Position numbers and translations under genes: made by a program | Part shown: positions 45,491 through 47,548 of the stretch, one piece after another | Numbering within the stretch: position 1 is the stretch's first letter | Layout of the letters: every line of letters starts with the position of its first letter | The notes under the pieces: generated by a model | Told to the model about the DNA's origin: nothing | What the model saw: only the letters and a program-made list of their open reading frames with translations | Databases searched by the model: none | Source: a virus | Lineage: Duplodnaviria; Caudoviricetes | DNA length: 47,548 nucleotides | Virus record (IMG/VR): IMGVR_UViG_3300037790_000016 | Location: 1-47,548 of that record | Direction: 5' to 3' (one strand)

Positions 45491-46194
45491 TGGAATTAGT
45501 ATTTATGAATAACGATAGACCGATTACTACTTCACGTCTAATAGCTGAGAAGTTTGGTAAAAGACACCACCATATACTAAGAGATATACAAAATCTCGAA
45601 TGTCCTAAAGAATTTACTGAAACCAATTTTGGTTTGAGTGAATATAAAGACAGTACTGGTCGTAAGTTACCAGAATATCATATCACAAAAGACGGTTTCA
45701 CATTCTTAGTTATGGGTTTCACTGGTAAACAAGCGTCTAAATTCAAAGTAGAATATATAAACGCTTTTAACCAGATGGAAAAGCAACTCAAAGAGCCAAA
45801 AGAGCTGAGTAGATTAGAAGTAATACAATTAGCTCTGGAAAGTGAAAAGCAAAGGTTAAAACTTGAGAATAGAGTAAAGACCTTAGAGCCAAAAGCTAGA
45901 CTATATGATAAAGTTATGGACGATGGACGATTATACTCTATGAGTGAGGTAGCTAAGGTACTTAAAAACAAAGGCATTGGACGTAATAAACTATACCAAA
46001 AACTTAGAGAGTGGGGTTTGTTATTCAGTAATAAGAACGAACCGAAACAAGAATACGTTAATAGAGGGTACTTTGAAGTAAAATATACTTGGGTCGAGTC
46101 TTTAGAAATGAAAATCCCATCAGTTAAGGTTACCAACAAAGGACTCAAATACATAGAAGACAAATTAAATTCAGATATTGCATTCTTACAGTAA
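45490..46194 (+). CDS. rha: Rha-family regulator fused to an ANT/KilAC antirepressor domain
   Basis: TTSRLIAEKFGKRHHHILRDI, TKDGFTFLVMGFTG..A..FK..YI.AF; GRNKL...LR, P.QEY..RGYF, VT.KG. Confidence 0.92.
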   Translation: MELVFMNNDRPITTSRLIAEKFGKRHHHILRDIQNLECPKEFTETNFGLSEYKDSTGRKLPEYHITKDGFTFLVMGFTGKQASKFKVEYINAFNQMEKQLKEPKELSRLEVIQLALESEKQRLKLENRVKTLEPKARLYDKVMDDGRLYSMSEVAKVLKNKGIGRNKLYQKLREWGLLFSNKNEPKQEYVNRGYFEVKYTWVESLEMKIPSVKVTNKGLKYIEDKLNSDIAFLQ

Positions 46195-46221
46195 TTGATT
46201 AAATTGAAGTTAGTAAAAAAC

Positions 46222-46244
46222 AAGCCCCTCGAAAGAGGGGTTTT
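46222..46244 (+). terminator. Terminator at the prophage right end
   Basis: AAGCCCCTC-GAAA-GAGGGGTTTT. Confidence 0.75.
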
Positions 46245-46356
46245 ACTGTGCAGAAATTGTGCAGATTTAGAGTTAATTAGAGTGTTTTGGAGGTAGTCTG
46301 AAACCTCGCAAACCTTTGGGAGCGTTGACATATATGAACGTTATTATTTTGGGCAC
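46230..46356. repeat. Exact 127-bp repeat, copy 2 (attR-like junction)
   Basis: Identical to 1-127, then continues into a host gene. Confidence 0.95.
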
Positions 46357-46669
46357 CAAGAAGTGCAAGGAAACTAAGAAAGCGATACGATTCTTCAAAG
46401 AGAGGAGAATAACTCCACATTTCAGAGATTTGAATGAGAAAGAACTGAGCAAAGGGGAGCTGAATAATATCGCTAATAAGGTTGGAATAGATAATATGAT
46501 CGATGAAGATAGTAAGGCATACAAAGACAAGGGGCTGCAGTACATGACTTACGATGTTGCGGAGGAGCTGTTGGAAAATAATGACTTACTCAAAACACCT
46601 TTGGTTAGAAATGGGAGTGACGCAACAGTTGGGCATGACCCTAATAAATGGAACGAATGGGTGAAGTAA
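46334..46669 (+). CDS. Host ArsC/Spx-family (thioredoxin-fold) protein; integration target
   Basis: GTKKCKETKKA.RFFKER, ELL.N..LLKTPLVRNG..ATVG; GGGAG upstream of ATG 46334. Confidence 0.85.
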   Translation: MNVIILGTKKCKETKKAIRFFKERRITPHFRDLNEKELSKGELNNIANKVGIDNMIDEDSKAYKDKGLQYMTYDVAEELLENNDLLKTPLVRNGSDATVGHDPNKWNEWVK

Positions 46670-46682
46670 ACAAGGGAAAACT

Positions 46683-47072
46683 ATGATATTCAAGACAAGA
46701 AAATTAGTAAGTCCACCGGACTTGAATCCTGCTGAAACCCTATTTGGTGGTCAGCTACTGAAGTGGATAGATGAAGAAGCAGCAATCTATGCAATGTGTC
46801 AACTCGATGATAATCACATTGTGACTAAATATATGTCAGAAATTGATTTTGTAAATCCTGCATTTAACAATGACATAATTGAAATTGGATGTGAAACAAT
46901 AAGAGTCGGAAATACTTCAATCACTATAAAATGTGAAGTTAGAGTAAAGGACACAAAAACCACTATAATTACTATAGATGAGATTGTTCTAGTTCACGTT
47001 GATCCAAACGGAAGACCAAGAGCTCACGGTAAAACTCTGGAATCTATACAGGAGAATAAAGATGCTGTTTAG
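46683..47072 (+). CDS. Host acyl-CoA thioesterase (hotdog fold)
   Basis: DLNPAETLFGGQLLKWIDEEA, VTKYMSEIDF, VGNTSIT. Confidence 0.9.
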   Translation: MIFKTRKLVSPPDLNPAETLFGGQLLKWIDEEAAIYAMCQLDDNHIVTKYMSEIDFVNPAFNNDIIEIGCETIRVGNTSITIKCEVRVKDTKTTIITIDEIVLVHVDPNGRPRAHGKTLESIQENKDAV

Positions 47073-47442
47073 AACAAGAAAATTAGTTAAGCCGCCAGAT
47101 CTAAGCCCTTCAGGAGCACTGATGGGTGGAGTCCTTATGGAGTGGATAGACGAAGAAGCTTCAATATTTGTAATGTGCCAACTTAACGACAATCATGTTG
47201 TAACTAAGTACATGTCTGAGATTGAGTTTGTTAGTCCTGCATTTCGTGGTGATATAATTGAAATCGGCTGTGAACTTACAGCACTTGGTCGCACTTCACT
47301 AACATTGAAATGTGTTGCCAGAGTGAAAGACACTCAGACTGTGATTGTTAATATAGACAAGATTGTATTCGTTAATGTTGATAGCAACGGTAGAGCTAAG
47401 CCACATGGTTTGACTATGGAAACAGTAGAAAAAGATTCCTAG
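47062..47442 (+). CDS. Host acyl-CoA thioesterase, tandem paralog
   Basis: MLFRTRKLVKPPDL...LMGG..M.WIDEEA, VTKYMSEIEF; AGGAG RBS before 47062. Confidence 0.9.
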   Translation: MLFRTRKLVKPPDLSPSGALMGGVLMEWIDEEASIFVMCQLNDNHVVTKYMSEIEFVSPAFRGDIIEIGCELTALGRTSLTLKCVARVKDTQTVIVNIDKIVFVNVDSNGRAKPHGLTMETVEKDS

Positions 47443-47444
47443 AA

Positions 47445-47548
47445 CTAACCAATAGTTATATATTGGGTCTTCTCTTTGTTCTTGTCGAAAGTTCTTTTCG
47501 TGCGTTCTAGTGAGTCGAAATTGTTATCAATTATCTGATGGGCTAAGT
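47445..47548 (-). CDS. Possible 3' end of a convergent host gene (partial)
   Basis: Open frame ...LAHQIIDNNFDSLERTKRTFDKNKEKTQYITIG* running in from the window edge. Confidence 0.3.
   Translation of the reverse strand, partial: LAHQIIDNNFDSLERTKRTFDKNKEKTQYITIG

Larger units (their letters stand above)
1..46356. mobile_element. Complete temperate siphovirus-like prophage (unit length 46,229 bp)
   Basis: Integrase, repressor, replication, packaging, head, lysis and tail modules in lambdoid order; bounded by the 127-bp repeat at 1-127 and 46230-46356; host-type genes follow. Confidence 0.95.

Noticed and set aside
198-46194. Stop-codon reassignment as in some crAss-like phages
   Set aside because: Core genes are full length in code 11, and TAA, TAG and TGA all end genes at sensible boundaries.
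45678-46331. 217-aa minus-strand ORF
   Set aside because: Antisense shadow of rha-ant crossing the terminator and att region.
46999-47061. N-terminal extension of the second thioesterase (also the 46316 start for the ArsC-like gene)
   Set aside because: Paralog alignment and RBS positions favour ATG 47062 and ATG 46334.
1-47548. CRISPR array, tRNA/rRNA genes, DGR or retron, IS elements
   Set aside because: No regularly spaced repeat-spacer units, cloverleaf, reverse transcriptase or transposase were seen by eye.

Overview
Almost the whole window (1..46229) is one apparently complete, AT-rich temperate siphovirus-type prophage. In order it carries: tyrosine integrase; a CI-like repressor with two tandem HTH domains; two RHH-type early regulators; Xis; ERF/exonuclease recombination genes; replication initiator with iterons; DnaB; SSB; nin-like genes; terS/terL; a 6.7-kb array of small genes between terL and portal; HK97-type head genes; a lysis cassette plus a GT2-like glycosyltransferase; tail genes; morons; and a Rha/ANT antirepressor. 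Bases 1-127 are identical to 46230-46356. The window therefore starts with an attP-like junction and ends with an attR-like junction inside the 5' end of a host ArsC/Spx-family gene, followed by two tandem hotdog thioesterase genes. Promoters of the form TTTG-N19/20-TAnnTT(T/A)G point to an FCB-group host (inference). The most interesting signals are: (i) a c4-like antisense RNA with upstream and downstream target sites in front of the antirepressor operon; (ii) a cI 3'-UTR that is exactly antisense (21 nt) to the ribosome-binding region of the replication initiator; (iii) a likely -1 frameshift fusing portal to the gp7/MuF minor head protein; (iv) a 3-copy late-promoter-like motif; (v) small genes bounded by repeated linkers. 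All protein calls come from motif recognition and gene order by eye; no database searches were run.
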